Shown here: positions 1 through 11,838 of the stretch, in pieces
Position numbering within the stretch: the stretch's first letter is position 1
How the letters are laid out: the number at the start of each line of letters is the position of its first letter
Assembly: GCA_004764695.1 (NCBI GenBank)
Contig: SMSO01000034.1
Coordinates: 3,286,001 to 3,350,000 of the forward strand
Length of the DNA stretch: 64,000 nt
Source of the DNA: Schizochytrium sp. TIO01
Taxonomy: Eukaryota > Protista > Bigyra: Labyrinthulomycetes
Direction: 5' to 3'
Made by a program: the position numbers and the translations under genes
The notes under the pieces: generated by a model
Database searches by the model: none
Told to the model about the DNA's origin: nothing
The model's input: the letters and a program-made list of their open reading frames with translations, nothing else

Positions 1-3000
1 CAAGTGAACAACTCAATCAGGAGCAGGCCATGGCCCACGTATGGAGGAACTTGGGTCTTGAGCCCCGTCGAAGCAGGCCAGCGCTGCGACTTTGGCCCGA
101 AGAAGGCTCGGGCCTGGGCGTAACAGGGGCGACGCCAGGGCCTGCGAGCGGGCCTTTAGTCTCTGCGGTAGTCTCCGCGGAAGTCAGGCGAGATCTGCGG
201 TAAAATGAACGCAGCAACCAAGAGCTCAGCTGCCCATCCCGAATGAGGACGACTGCGGCAGCGCGGCGGCCTCGCTCTCCGAGCGCTGCCTGCGAAGGAA
301 GGCACGATCCGGACAGCGCGTGCGTGGCGGGGGCCTCGTGGCGGAACCGGTGCCCAGGTTGGACTTGCTTGGAGCAGAAGATGGTTTCCATCCCCTCGAA
401 ACCTGGCCTTGCTTGTATTGTCCACAGCGCTCCCAAAATGGCCATTTGCTATTACGATGAAAGCCTCTTGAGCGCCAAGACTTCGCCAAGACGTCGGCGG
501 CGATTGCGGATGCGGGACACAAAGCATGAACACGAACACGAACAGGAGCAGGGGCAGGGGCAGGAGCAGACAGAAGGAGGGGCGGGAAACCTCCTTCGAT
601 CTCACTCGTTGAAGAGTCGTATTCCCTCTTGAAGATGATGGATGCACACACATGCGCACGGAGCTAGACCTCGAATCCCCGTGCTCGGATCGCGGTAGCT
701 GCCTTCATTAATGAATATTTACACACGCTCCCGCAGTCACTCAAACAGGAGCGCAGCTGTGCTCTAGCACGCGCCCAAGAGGCCCTTCGCGGAACTCCTG
801 CACGAGTTCGTAGCTGTCTACACAGGTTTCATCTCGAGATGATCGTCAATCCGCAGCTCTGCAATGGCAAGAACGACACAGCGGAGGCGCACACTCTTAG
901 CTTTCTATTTACAATTTCTATAGTTTAAGGTAGGTAGGCGGCGAGGGTTGGGGGGCCATCTTGTGGTCGTTCCGAAGGATGTGGAATTTAGAAGCGAATG
1001 GATGAATGAATGAATGAGCGAAATGGATGTGGAGAAGACGCGCAAAGTAAAGTGAAGGGCGCAGCGCCGTCAGTTTGAGCAACTCGGGCCACTCAACATG
1101 AGTACGATCAGCCAACAGCAGCTGAGTGATTGAGAGGGTTAGTCAATGCAGCGCTTGCTGCCTTTTGTCAGTTCTAGCTCGTAGCATCTTACAGGCATGG
1201 TGATCGTCATCATGATGATTCGTTTTGTTATTTTAACCATCCCTCGAATTAGCTTATGAGCTGGACTTAGCAGCGATGAGCACTCGGCAATCAATCGATC
1301 GAAGGATGGATATCTATCGCCAATCGGACCTTAGCCACTGGTTCTCCGCTGCACCTGTGAGTCTTCAACAACAGCTCTCTCGCTCTTTTAGAGTACTTGC
1401 TTGCTTGCCTACTCGCCTCCTTTCGATAAAGCTGACATTATAAATCATCATGAAATGACGGAATAGGATTTATTCTTCCATTGAGTGGTCCACCGAAGGC
1501 CTTGCTTAATTGATTCCTGGTCCAAACGGATGATTGATCTCGCACCACCGTCATCACTATCAACGTTGTCGTCGTAGTTATCGATGATGATGGTGATGAT
1601 GATGATGATGATATTCATTACCAAAAGTGTTCTCCGAGTCTTACCTTTGGCTTTCCTCCCTTTTTCCAAACTATTTGTTTATCCAAGAAAGGTAACTAAC
1701 TATAAATCATCTTTTTAAAATATAATGAATGAAATGCCCCCACTTCACTTTGAGAGAGGAGTGCAAAATTAAATAAAATGAACAATAAACAGGAGAGTCA
1801 CTAGGTGACTCGATCTTTAACAAGTAAATAAATAAATAAGAGGTGAAGTTATGGAAAAATGCACCATGAACAGAAATCAGTAAAGAAACAAAACTTAGCA
1901 ATTCCCGCTGATGCGGAGTATTTCTCTCGAGGCTGTTCTTCAGGTTTCTCAAGTTGCTGCCTTGCTTCCGAATTCGGTGATTCCAGTAGGAAAGGACTGG
2001 CCTAGCACCTCTTACATCCCAACTTTGCTACGAGGCGCACTACTACCAATATCAAGAATCGCTCAGCATTCTTGCCAATACTTTCACTGTTACTATCATC
2101 ATTACAATATTAAAAGTTTTAAAATAAATCTTTATCTCAATAGAGTCACTGTGATAGTCGCCACTACTCTGGGAAATAGTCTTCTTCTTCTTCTTCTTCT
2201 TATTCTTTTGTTACTATATTTTTTTAAATTAAAAAAGTATAAGATAAAAATTATCTATATATATAAATCGAATGGGAAAATGAGACGATCGTAAACATGA
2301 TCAAAATGATTATAATGAGGTAGGCAGACAGGCTGTCTATCTGTCAAACTACCTGCTCGCTCTCTAAAAAGCGGGTGTTTATTTTCCAGTTCAACTCCTT
2401 CGAGAGCTTTGAAGAGATTAATTAATTATAATTAATTCACTCATTCGCGTGGCCATCGACAGTTCTTTCTCATCTTTCGTCAACTTTAAGCTGCACTGCG
2501 TGAATATATATATTGTATATTTACACACATATATATTCATACAATCGCCAACCTGCGAAGTGATTTTGATATGTATCGAGGCACTCACTTACTCAGTTCT
2601 TCAGCTCACTCGCTGCGCGAGACTTCACACGAATTAATTAATTCATAGGTATACTGTAGCTGAGCGAGTCCTTCAAAGACGGTCTTCTGCTACGGAGCGA
2701 TTGAGGACCACCTGAGAGAGCTGGCAGAATACTTTGGTTGGTAGAAAACAGGGCAACCTGAAGAGGTGCAGGCATTTGGTTACCCCCCTTCTTCACCTAG
2801 TTCTCCCTGAAAACAGCAGTCCTTTGGCTGCAGCGGTGCTTCTTCATCAATCGTTCATCGAAGACTCCGCAATTGCTCCTGCTCTCGCGAAGTCCAAGGG
2901 AAGTCAGAGAACCTGACGAGGTTCTCAACGCTCAGACTCGCACATACCTATTCCCTGAAGGGTCTGTCTGATCGATCGATATGAAGCGAACTCCTGAATA

Positions 3001-3861
3001 AGCCATCCGTGAATGATTGACGCAAGAATGAATGAATAAATTGCTGTTGGGAACTCACTCACTCAATCAATCAATCAATCAATCAATCACTTGTTCGCAC
3101 CGCCCGCAATTTCGCAGACGGACCGCGGGCCTCCACGAAGAGCCTTTCTCGCTCGTCTCTGGACGCAAGAAATAGACGGTGCCGCGCTTAGATTTGTGCT
3201 GCCAAAGCAATGCAAAAGTTAGTTGCTTAACATTACTTACTAAGTAAGGGAAGCGAAGGAATGTGCGGCTGCAAGTGCGCCGCGAGCGAGTCCTATACTT
3301 TGCGGTAGGCGCCGCGGTAGGACCGCGGGCCTCGCGAGAAGGGCTGTGAATTGCTGTGTTTTCTTCTTTCTTCGAATGTTACGAGTCATTCATTCATTCA
3401 TTCATTGACTTCTTTAGAATGGATGTGTGTGATGGGCATGGCGCCTTGAGGCTGCGCCGATTCCACGAACGGGGATCTCGATTGAAATCTCAGAAGCCAA
3501 TGCCGCGACCGAGGACCCACTCGACTCCTGGCTAGAACGAAGCGAAAAATGTGAAGGCCGCAGATGTCGCGTCGTCCGATCCCTTGATGAGTTTGTTTAA
3601 TGCATGCTTGCTCGTATGGCGGCAGGCAGTGCGATCTTCAGCCTTAACCAACCCGCGATTTCGTTCGTTTCACGTGGTGTTCGGGGCAATGCGATGCCTT
3701 GCTGGGGCGTGGGCTTCTTCGCTCACGATGAGCGAGCTCCAGCAGCGAGTCAAGCTTACCTGCCCTGATTTATTGCATCCACTCGATGAGGTTGTTTGCG
3801 ATCACGATAACGATGGCCACAAAGCGCTTCATCGTCCAAATTGGGTGGCCAGGCCTCCCAA

Positions 3862-3965
3862 AATGCAATGCAATGCAATGCCATGCAATGCAATGCAATG
3901 CAATGTAATGTGATGTGGTGCGATATGATGTGATGTAATGGGATGCAATGGGATGAAATGTGATG
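3862..3965 (+). repeat. Compound pentanucleotide microsatellite (ATGCA)n grading into (ATGTG/ATGGG)n
   Basis: Read directly from the sequence. Confidence 0.85.
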
Positions 3966-4848
3966 CTTCGATGTGCTTCAAGTTGCCACTTGCTATGTAG
4001 CTGCTATCCACCTATCTATGTAAGCAGCTCTAGAGCAATGTAATTGATGTACATCTTCTTCCCAAGGAGACCACGGCCAAACAGCCGGCTTGGCTGGAGT
4101 GCTTCAGGAAGTAGCTTCGTCAATAGTACCAACTTGAGACGAAGATTGGCAACCCGCGTCTCCTTCGAAGCAGACGAAAGCCACACCCAACCAATATCAT
4201 CAGTGCTGCCTCCATCCACCCGCTGTTGAGCTGGACTGAGCACAGCAGAGCACAACAACAGAGCACAGCAGCAGAGCACAGCAGGTTTCTAGCCAGGCAC
4301 GAAGCGCCTTACCTGCCAGTGATCTGGTCTCTTCTGCATGCATGCATGTGATAGATAAGCCAGCTTTGCTCTCTGCGGTGTCTGAAGCGATGGATGGGTG
4401 TCCGATCTAATCTAACTCTGATTGGCATGCATGGTTTGGTGGCTCAGAAGCATCTCTGCATCAGCAACGTGGTACGCACTCTGCTCTGCTATGGCAACGA
4501 ATTCCGCGAAATGCGATACCGCTGCATATCGTCCATTGCTATGCCAGAGATAGGACACCGCCCCGCCACCAATGAGAATCAGCACGCACTTTGACGTCAA
4601 GCGGTGGTGGCGGTGGTGGCGATGCCGAGCACGATCACAGATGTGTCCGTCTGCGATGATGTTTGTTTTCCATTTTACGAAGTAAGCACTGTCTGCTGTG
4701 TAAAACTAAAAACCCATCATGATCATGAAATTGTAATTCGACTGACTGGACTTTGGGAACTTTGGTGATGATAGTTTTCATGACCTACCTTTAGTCCGGT
4801 TCTTCCTCTGTGCCGCAACGGTGCCGTTTGATCGAATCGAGGGCCTTC

Positions 4849-4895
4849 TGACTGATTGATTGACTGACTGACTGACTGACTGACTGACTGTGACT
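4849..4895 (+). repeat. (TGAT/TGAC)n tetranucleotide microsatellite
   Basis: Read directly from the sequence. Confidence 0.9.
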
Positions 4896-6786
4896 GCTGT
4901 TTGGAGGGAGTTCTCACGATACAGTCTCTCGCCTTCTTTGGCGACCAAGACCATCGTTCTCTTGGGCAGCAAGCAGTAAACAGCATCGGCGACTTGGAAT
5001 GGAATCGAGAGCAGTTGAACTCGCTCGGTTTCTTTGTCCTGCCCTCAATTATAGATCACCTGTGTTTATTTAGCTCTTAACCATTTCTCAAACTTAAACA
5101 CGCTTCATACTATTTGACTATAAAATATATTGTGGCAATAATGCACTGTTTATTGTACTGTTATGCTGCCATAATAAATCAATGTATTGTAGGAAGAGGG
5201 GGAATAATAACTCGCTTTATCAGAAGCCCTATAATAAGGCATTCAAGATTGAAGAGAGCAAGGCATCGAGAAATAGAAATAACGAGAGAAGCAACGTTCT
5301 CGAATCGATCGCGGTGTTTATGGTGTGCTGAGACCCCTTTGAAGGCCTTTAAGCTCGCTTCGCCCGTAGGACCGAACCTATCTACACCTGATTGGTCAGA
5401 ACCTTAGCTTATCACGACGGTGTCAGAAGAAGATTGAGAAACAATCAAAGCCAAATAAATAAATAAACAAACAGTTTATCTTCGACTATCAATTAAAAAT
5501 AAAAATAAAATTAAACATGTTAAAATAAGTTCGTCGAATTCTACTAAAAAAGGGGGGAAAGCGCGAACCTGATCGCAACCATCGATGGAAACAGATCACG
5601 CCAATCGGAAAACCACGCGACAGCGAAGTATCGTAACCATCTTCATCATAATCACCGCGCTAGTGCGGCTGTATTTATACATCTCGACCTTTGTGCTGAG
5701 ATATTTAGACAACGAAGACTGATTTGATTGTGCACTTGAGCGATGTTGTTTTCGGTTCACCTTTTCATGACACCTACCAAACTTAACTATTATTATTATA
5801 GGTACCTACCTACCTACCTACCTACCTACTAGCTGACCAACTAATTAACTAAATGTATAAACTTTACTTTGTAAAAACTCGAAATGTTTTTCTTTTATTT
5901 TTTAATAGATTTAGTTTAAGTTTTATTGACTGAGAAAGAACAGAACCCTGGGAAGTATTTTGCCTAAGTCCCCTCTTTCTTCTCCAACGAACCCACATTC
6001 GATGCGGGAACAGTGCCATATCACCGCATTGCATCGCAGTACGTGCATACCTATACAATCAAACAGCGAAAGCCATCAAACGCGCGAGAAACAAACAGAG
6101 CATTGTTTTGCAGGTGTGCAGAGACGCCACGAAAGGCTCTTAGTTCCGCTTTTTCCTCAGTTCATACTCTTCTTTTCCATTAAAACAACAATCTTTTTAA
6201 CGCGGCCTTTCCCCATTTCCTCTTTCCTCAGGTTCCCCTAAAGTTTAGGACATCTCACTAGAGTCCCTACTCGTGGTTTATGTAAACCTTAGCAAAAGTA
6301 TCCATGGCATGACGAAATTGATTTTCCCCGCCCTCAGTCTGACTAAGATCATTCATTTCTTTTCCATTTTCCTCCCTACGAGCAACCAGAACTTTTGAAC
6401 AGTATTTTAACTGGATCTATCTATTTATTTATTTAATAAAAAAGAAAAAAAAAAAAGAAAAAAAAAAAGAGAATCGCAGGAGCGATACATGCTCTGCGCA
6501 AAGGGTGATCATTGGTGGATTCTTGCCTTGAATGCAGACTGGAGGCGGTTCCTACGCGCGGCCTTTGGCGCGATGGGTGTCATATGGAGCCACAGCCCAT
6601 CACCTTCGCCCGTCAGCGCGAGCAGCTCCGATGGCAAATCGCTGCGGCAGAGCAAACAAAGCGGAGCAGAAACAGGAGGGACGAACATAGGACAGAGAGA
6701 CCTTACTTACTTACTTACCTATTACTTGCTTACTTAATTATTAGACTCAGAGAAGGAATTCCTGAGAACAGTCAGAAAGAGACAAA

Positions 6787-6846
6787 AAATAGAGTAGAAT
6801 AGAATAGAATAGAATGAAATAAAATAGAATAAAATAAAATAAAAAT
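6787..6846 (+). repeat. (AATAG/AATAA)n pentanucleotide microsatellite
   Basis: Read directly from the sequence. Confidence 0.85.
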
Positions 6847-8779
6847 CCTTTGATTGGGCCCTTTTCTGCTTTAAAGCCCTTCTTTCTTCTTTTTCTGTCT
6901 TTTTCTTTCTTTTCAAAGTAGTACACAGACAAAGAAAGAAAGAAAGAAAGAAGTAGAGCGAACTTGCGAAGGCAGCGCGGCTGACCGGCGCCGGCGCCGC
7001 CGAGGGAGACGACGCTTGCGGAGCGTGGCTTGCCCAGAGGCCTCCAGCCAGGCGCCAGGGGCGCCGCCGGGAGCCCTCTCTCCACGATGCCAGGCATTGA
7101 CGGGCCGCCGGCGGGAGCGAAGCGGAGCGCCAAAACTCGAGGCAGAGCCGCGTTCCGAGCGACGAACTTCTTTATGGGTGTTTGTTGATTGATTCTTTTT
7201 CTTTCTTTCTTTCTTTCTTTCTTTCTCCTCTTTACTTTACATCCTTTGAATGAAATAGATAATTCATCAACCAACTCCATTGTAAACATGAATAAATAGA
7301 TTGAAGTAAGAGCAAATGGTCATAAAAATTGTAAATGAGTGAGAAAATAACAGAGAAGCTGAAATGAGCCCTCTCGAAGATGAGCAAATCTTGATTTGGC
7401 CGGAGCTCGCGATGGCGCTGTGTGTGCTCTTATGTGCTCAGAAGGACCATGGCTTTGGCACCATCGCTTGGACTGATTGAGGCGAGGCAGATCTTGCCAC
7501 AGGCAGAAGGAGACTATCATGAATTGATTAATTAATTGATTGATTGATTTATAGTTAGTTAGTTAGTTGCTTTTCATCAATTCATAAGTTTAGACACGCA
7601 CTGGAATCGAAACGAACCGCCTAATAAGCGCTGCTGAGCCATCAATTAGTATCTAGCTACTGTCAGCATGCAATGCAGAGTTTCTCTCTCTCCTTCGTCT
7701 TTAAGTCTTTCCTCAACAGACTTGAAGAAAGGAAAAGGGAGAAGTAGCGTCATCATGTTTCATCTGAAGGTGGAGTAAGTAAGTATAAGTATCATCGCTT
7801 TTCTCCTTCGCTCTTTCTGCCTCTCTATTTTTTTAGTATCTGTTTGTTTATTTTATAAAGTAAAAGTAATGTACATGAAGAGGTAGGCTCATCTAAGAGG
7901 TAGATGGGTAGATAGAGAGATAGATACCTACTTTGGAGTAAGAACGAAAGTGCTTCTTGATTGAAGCAGCCATCGCGTCTCTTCTAATATCTGAATGGAT
8001 TGAACAGACATATATATGTATTCCTTGTTCTTCAAGCTCTGTCGTTTGTTTGGCGGTTTGTGCGTGCACAATGAGCTTCGCTTTCCTTTCGAAGGAGGCT
8101 TTGAAAGGGAGTGCGCAGGAACCAACGAGCTATAGCTCGCTACACTTGCCCAATCAATTTATTATAAATAAGTAATTTATTATAAATAAGTAAAGTAAAC
8201 GAATTTGGTTTTATTCTGTGAAGTATCAGTACTATAACTGAGCGAGGAAACTAAATAACTAAGTAAGTAAGTAAGTGGCCCTCTAACTAGTGCGTGCGAA
8301 GCTGCCCCCCTCGAAGCTGCCAAGCAAAAGCACAGGAATGTCTGCCGTTGATTCTTTCGCGCTCGTCCTTTGGAGGTAAAAGGAACTTGAAGCAAAGAAT
8401 GTGGAGGGATGAATGAATGTTTGTTTATTCACCCATCCAATCTAAGAGAACGGCGGTTCGACTTGGTTCTTTTCAATCTCATTTGCAATGCTGTTTCTTA
8501 TTGCCTTAGCTCACTTCGTTTTCTGTTTTTGACGATAAGCTCTTCTTGTAGCTCTAGTTCTAGTAGATGTATAATAGAGTTTAGTTGAGTGCGCCAAGAA
8601 TTTTCAGGTTTTCTGCTGTCGTTAAAGGTATTTGAGGTCTTCTGCACAGTGAAAGTGAAAGAGAGCAATGTCTTTGGAGAAGGAAGCGAAAGAGAAGTGA
8701 GGATGATTTGAAGATGCGAAACTTTACACCTGTAATAAAAGAGGTGCCATGTTAACTTTTCTTTGCTCGCTTTTGCTTT

Positions 8780-9246
8780 TACTTTAGAGTGTTACTTTTA
8801 TATTAATAACATTGTTTTATTATTGTTTGATCATTAACTGAAAAAAACATTTTTATATACAATATTTTTAGTAATTAATAATAATGATTTTTTATTTAAA
8901 AAAATGAAAAAGCAAAAACGATTTTGGAATAGTTTTTTCTTCTTCTTTTCTGATTTTAATTTTTAAAAGTGACAAAGGGAGGAAAGAGAGCATCAAGAAA
9001 AGCACAAGCAAACCAAAGCAAACTCGTCCATTCTCGCAACCAGAGTGCAGCAAACCCGAAACTCAACTCCTGTCGATCCTTCGGCGGAGTTCCATATACT
9101 AGCTGCTAAGTTCCAGCACCACGTTCTCTTCTGCCACAGTAGGTATTGTGCCGACTGATCGTTCTTGAGACATCTTATTAGACCTGCAAGCTCTTGCAGA
9201 CACCAGACCTTGCAGCAAAGGTACAGACAGACATAGAAGCATCAGG
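8780..9246 (+). promoter_or_regulatory. Putative core promoter and 5' leader of the malic enzyme gene
   Basis: A very AT-rich tract (about 8790-8970) is followed by an A/C-rich leader (AAAGCACAAGCAAACCAAAGCAAACTC) before the ATG. The same layout precedes the ORF at 50323. Inferred; no TSS data. Confidence 0.4.
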
Positions 9247-11055
9247 ATGGGTCTCTTCAACCGCAAGAGCGTCTCCCACAAGCCCGCCACCGAGAGCTCA
9301 ATCGCTCTTAAGGCATCCAGCCGTGGCACCGAGGCCACCAGCATTGAGCGTGTCAGGAATCCCCACTTCAACAAGGGCACCTCCTTCACCGCTGAAGAGC
9401 GCAAGCAGTATGGTCTTGAGGGTCTCGTTCCCAGCGTCGTGGAGTCCATCGATCTCCAGGCCAAGCGTGAGCTCCAGCACCTTCGTCGCAAGCCCAGCCC
9501 CATCGAGAAGTACGTCTTCCTTATGGGCCTCCTCGACCGCAACGTTGAGCTCTTCTACAAAATCGTGACTGAGAACGTCTCCGAATGCATGCCCCTCGTG
9601 TACACGCCTACCGTAGGCCAAGCCTGCCAAGAGTTCCACCTCATCTACCAGCAGCCCAAGGGTCTCTATGTCTCTCTCGAGGACCTTGGCAACGTGGAGA
9701 CTCTCGTGAACAACTGGCCTGAGGACAATGTTACCTGCATTGTCATGACCGACGGAGGCCGTATCCTCGGACTCGGAGATCTCGGTGCCAACGGTCTCGG
9801 AATCCCCCAAGGTAAGCTCCAGCTCTACTCTGCCTGCGCCGGAATCCCCCACCACCAGTGCCTGCCGGTCATTTTGGACGTCGGCACCAACAACAAGACC
9901 CTGCTTGAAGATGAGCTGTACATGGGTCTCCGCCGTGAACGTGAACGTGGCGAGACTTACGACCACCTCGTCAAGGAGTTCATGGCCGCCGCCCAGAAGC
10001 GCTGGGGAAGGTCTCTCTTGATCCAGTTCGAGGACTTTGACAACACCAACGCATTCAGACTCCTCGAGGAGACCCGCAACTCATACACAACCTTCAACGA
10101 CGATATCCAGGGCACCGCGGCAGTCTCGCTTGCTGGAGTTCTGGCTTCGCTTAGGGTCACAAGCAAGGTTGAAGGCGGCAAGAAGAAGCTCCGCGACCAC
10201 ACCTTTGTGTTTATGGGCGCTGGAGAAGCTGGTACAGGTATTGCCAACCTCATTGCACATGCCATCCAGGAGGAGGCTGTTGACGACGGCATTACCCCCA
10301 TCTCTGAGGACGATGCAAGACGCCAGATCTGGCTCGTTGACAGCAAGGGACTTGTCACCAAGACCCGCGGAGACAACGGAGAACTCCAGCACCACAAGCT
10401 TGACTTTGCCCATGAGCTGTCTGAGGACCTCATCGAGAAGGTCGCAGGCACCGAATGGGAAGTCAAGGATGGCAAGGTCACCTCGCTTGAGCAGGCTGTG
10501 CGTATCATGAACCCGACTGCCATCATTGGTGTCTGCGCCATGCCTAATACCTTCACCGAGAGCATTATTGAGTACATGGCTGAGATTAATGAGGCACCCC
10601 TTGTCTTTGCTCTGAGCAACCCTACTTCCAAGGCCGAGTGCACTGCTGAGCAGGCATACAAGTGGTCTGATGGACGTGCCATCTTTGTCAGCGGATCTCC
10701 CTTCGACCCCGTCGACATCACCCTCAGCTCTGGAGAGGAGGTCACCAAGTACCCTGGCCAGGGTAACAACGCATACATCTTCCCCGGTCTTGGCCTTGGA
10801 GTGCTTGCTGCCAAGGCCACGACTATCCCCAACGAGCTCCTTTACGTGTCTGCTCAGGCGCTTGCTGAGCAGGTCGTTGAAGACGATCTTAACAACGGAC
10901 GCATGTACCCTCACCTTGACAACATCCGCGAGGTTTCGGCCAACATTGCATACCGTGTTGCTGAGCGTGCCTTTCAGCTCTCCATCGCATCGGCGAAGAA
11001 GCCTGCTGACCTCGAGGCATATGTCCGCTCCTGCATGGCTAACCCTGGATGGTGA
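9247..11055 (+). CDS. Malic enzyme (NAD(P)-dependent malate dehydrogenase, decarboxylating), 602 aa, intronless
   Basis: Family motifs present: NKGTSFT-EER, PLVYTPTVG, TDGGRILGLGDLG, IQFEDF, FNDDIQGT, GAGEAGTGIA (Rossmann), LSNPTSKAEC, GQGNNAYIFPGLGLG. Strong C-ending codon bias suggests high expression. Cofactor specificity not determined. Confidence 0.97.
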   Translation: MGLFNRKSVSHKPATESSIALKASSRGTEATSIERVRNPHFNKGTSFTAEERKQYGLEGLVPSVVESIDLQAKRELQHLRRKPSPIEKYVFLMGLLDRNVELFYKIVTENVSECMPLVYTPTVGQACQEFHLIYQQPKGLYVSLEDLGNVETLVNNWPEDNVTCIVMTDGGRILGLGDLGANGLGIPQGKLQLYSACAGIPHHQCLPVILDVGTNNKTLLEDELYMGLRRERERGETYDHLVKEFMAAAQKRWGRSLLIQFEDFDNTNAFRLLEETRNSYTTFNDDIQGTAAVSLAGVLASLRVTSKVEGGKKKLRDHTFVFMGAGEAGTGIANLIAHAIQEEAVDDGITPISEDDARRQIWLVDSKGLVTKTRGDNGELQHHKLDFAHELSEDLIEKVAGTEWEVKDGKVTSLEQAVRIMNPTAIIGVCAMPNTFTESIIEYMAEINEAPLVFALSNPTSKAECTAEQAYKWSDGRAIFVSGSPFDPVDITLSSGEEVTKYPGQGNNAYIFPGLGLGVLAAKATTIPNELLYVSAQALAEQVVEDDLNNGRMYPHLDNIREVSANIAYRVAERAFQLSIASAKKPADLEAYVRSCMANPGW

Positions 11056-11838
11056 ACGACGACTTTCTCAAGTTAATTGAATTGTTCTACAAACTCGTTC
11101 CCTGACTCTATATGAGATCTTCTCCGCGAGTGTATTACTAGTCATTGCATTTGCTGGTTGTAGCTTCCTGCTTACAGTGCTGCAGGATAAGCACCACACA
11201 GCAAAGTAAAGAACATGTGTGAGAATCGAGATAACGTAGGGAGTTGGACAGTTTTATTGCATACACAGAACTTACGATCACAAAAACTACACAACCTAAA
11301 AATCCTCTTTCGTAGGTCTCCTACTCTGAGCAAAATGCACATATTGAAGAGTATCGCTGTCTCGATACTAAAGATTCTTCTATCTTGTATTTTGTTGTAT
11401 CCAGTGTAGGTACTTAAAGAGAGCGCTCCCGATTACAGGTAGGCTCATATGAGCAAATTCGTAAACCCTTGTCATATGAGTCTATACGTTTGGGCATTGC
11501 TGTACGGGAACAAAAAAAATAAAAATGATAGGAGTTAGTAGAGTACATCTCCTTCATGACTGATAAATCAACCTGAACTCACAATTATAAGTAAGAAAGA
11601 AAGAAAGTTTTTTTTTATCTCTGCAATTAGATCCCTCCGAAAATTTAATCTTCAAGAAGGATTTGTTACTGCTGAGTTCTTCCTCCTTGCTAAATGGATA
11701 CATTGGATATGATCACTCTAATATTGGGGACCAAGGCGCTTCGTAAATTAACATCAGTACGGATTCAGAACTCAATAATACGAGCATAGCAGCGAATTAG
11801 ATTTAAATGATTAGTTTTACGAGTATACTTTTTACTTT

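Noticed and set aside
17-659. Several overlapping 130-170 aa ORFs in a GC-rich patch at the window start
   Set aside because: No recognisable domain, ORFs on both strands as expected for GC-rich low-complexity DNA, and the best + frame has an internal stop. Cannot be supported as a CDS.
9099-10914. Long antisense and alternative-frame ORFs over malic enzyme (similar ones lie over SMC3, myosin and the ankyrin gene)
   Set aside because: Shadow ORFs caused by the codon bias of the real genes.
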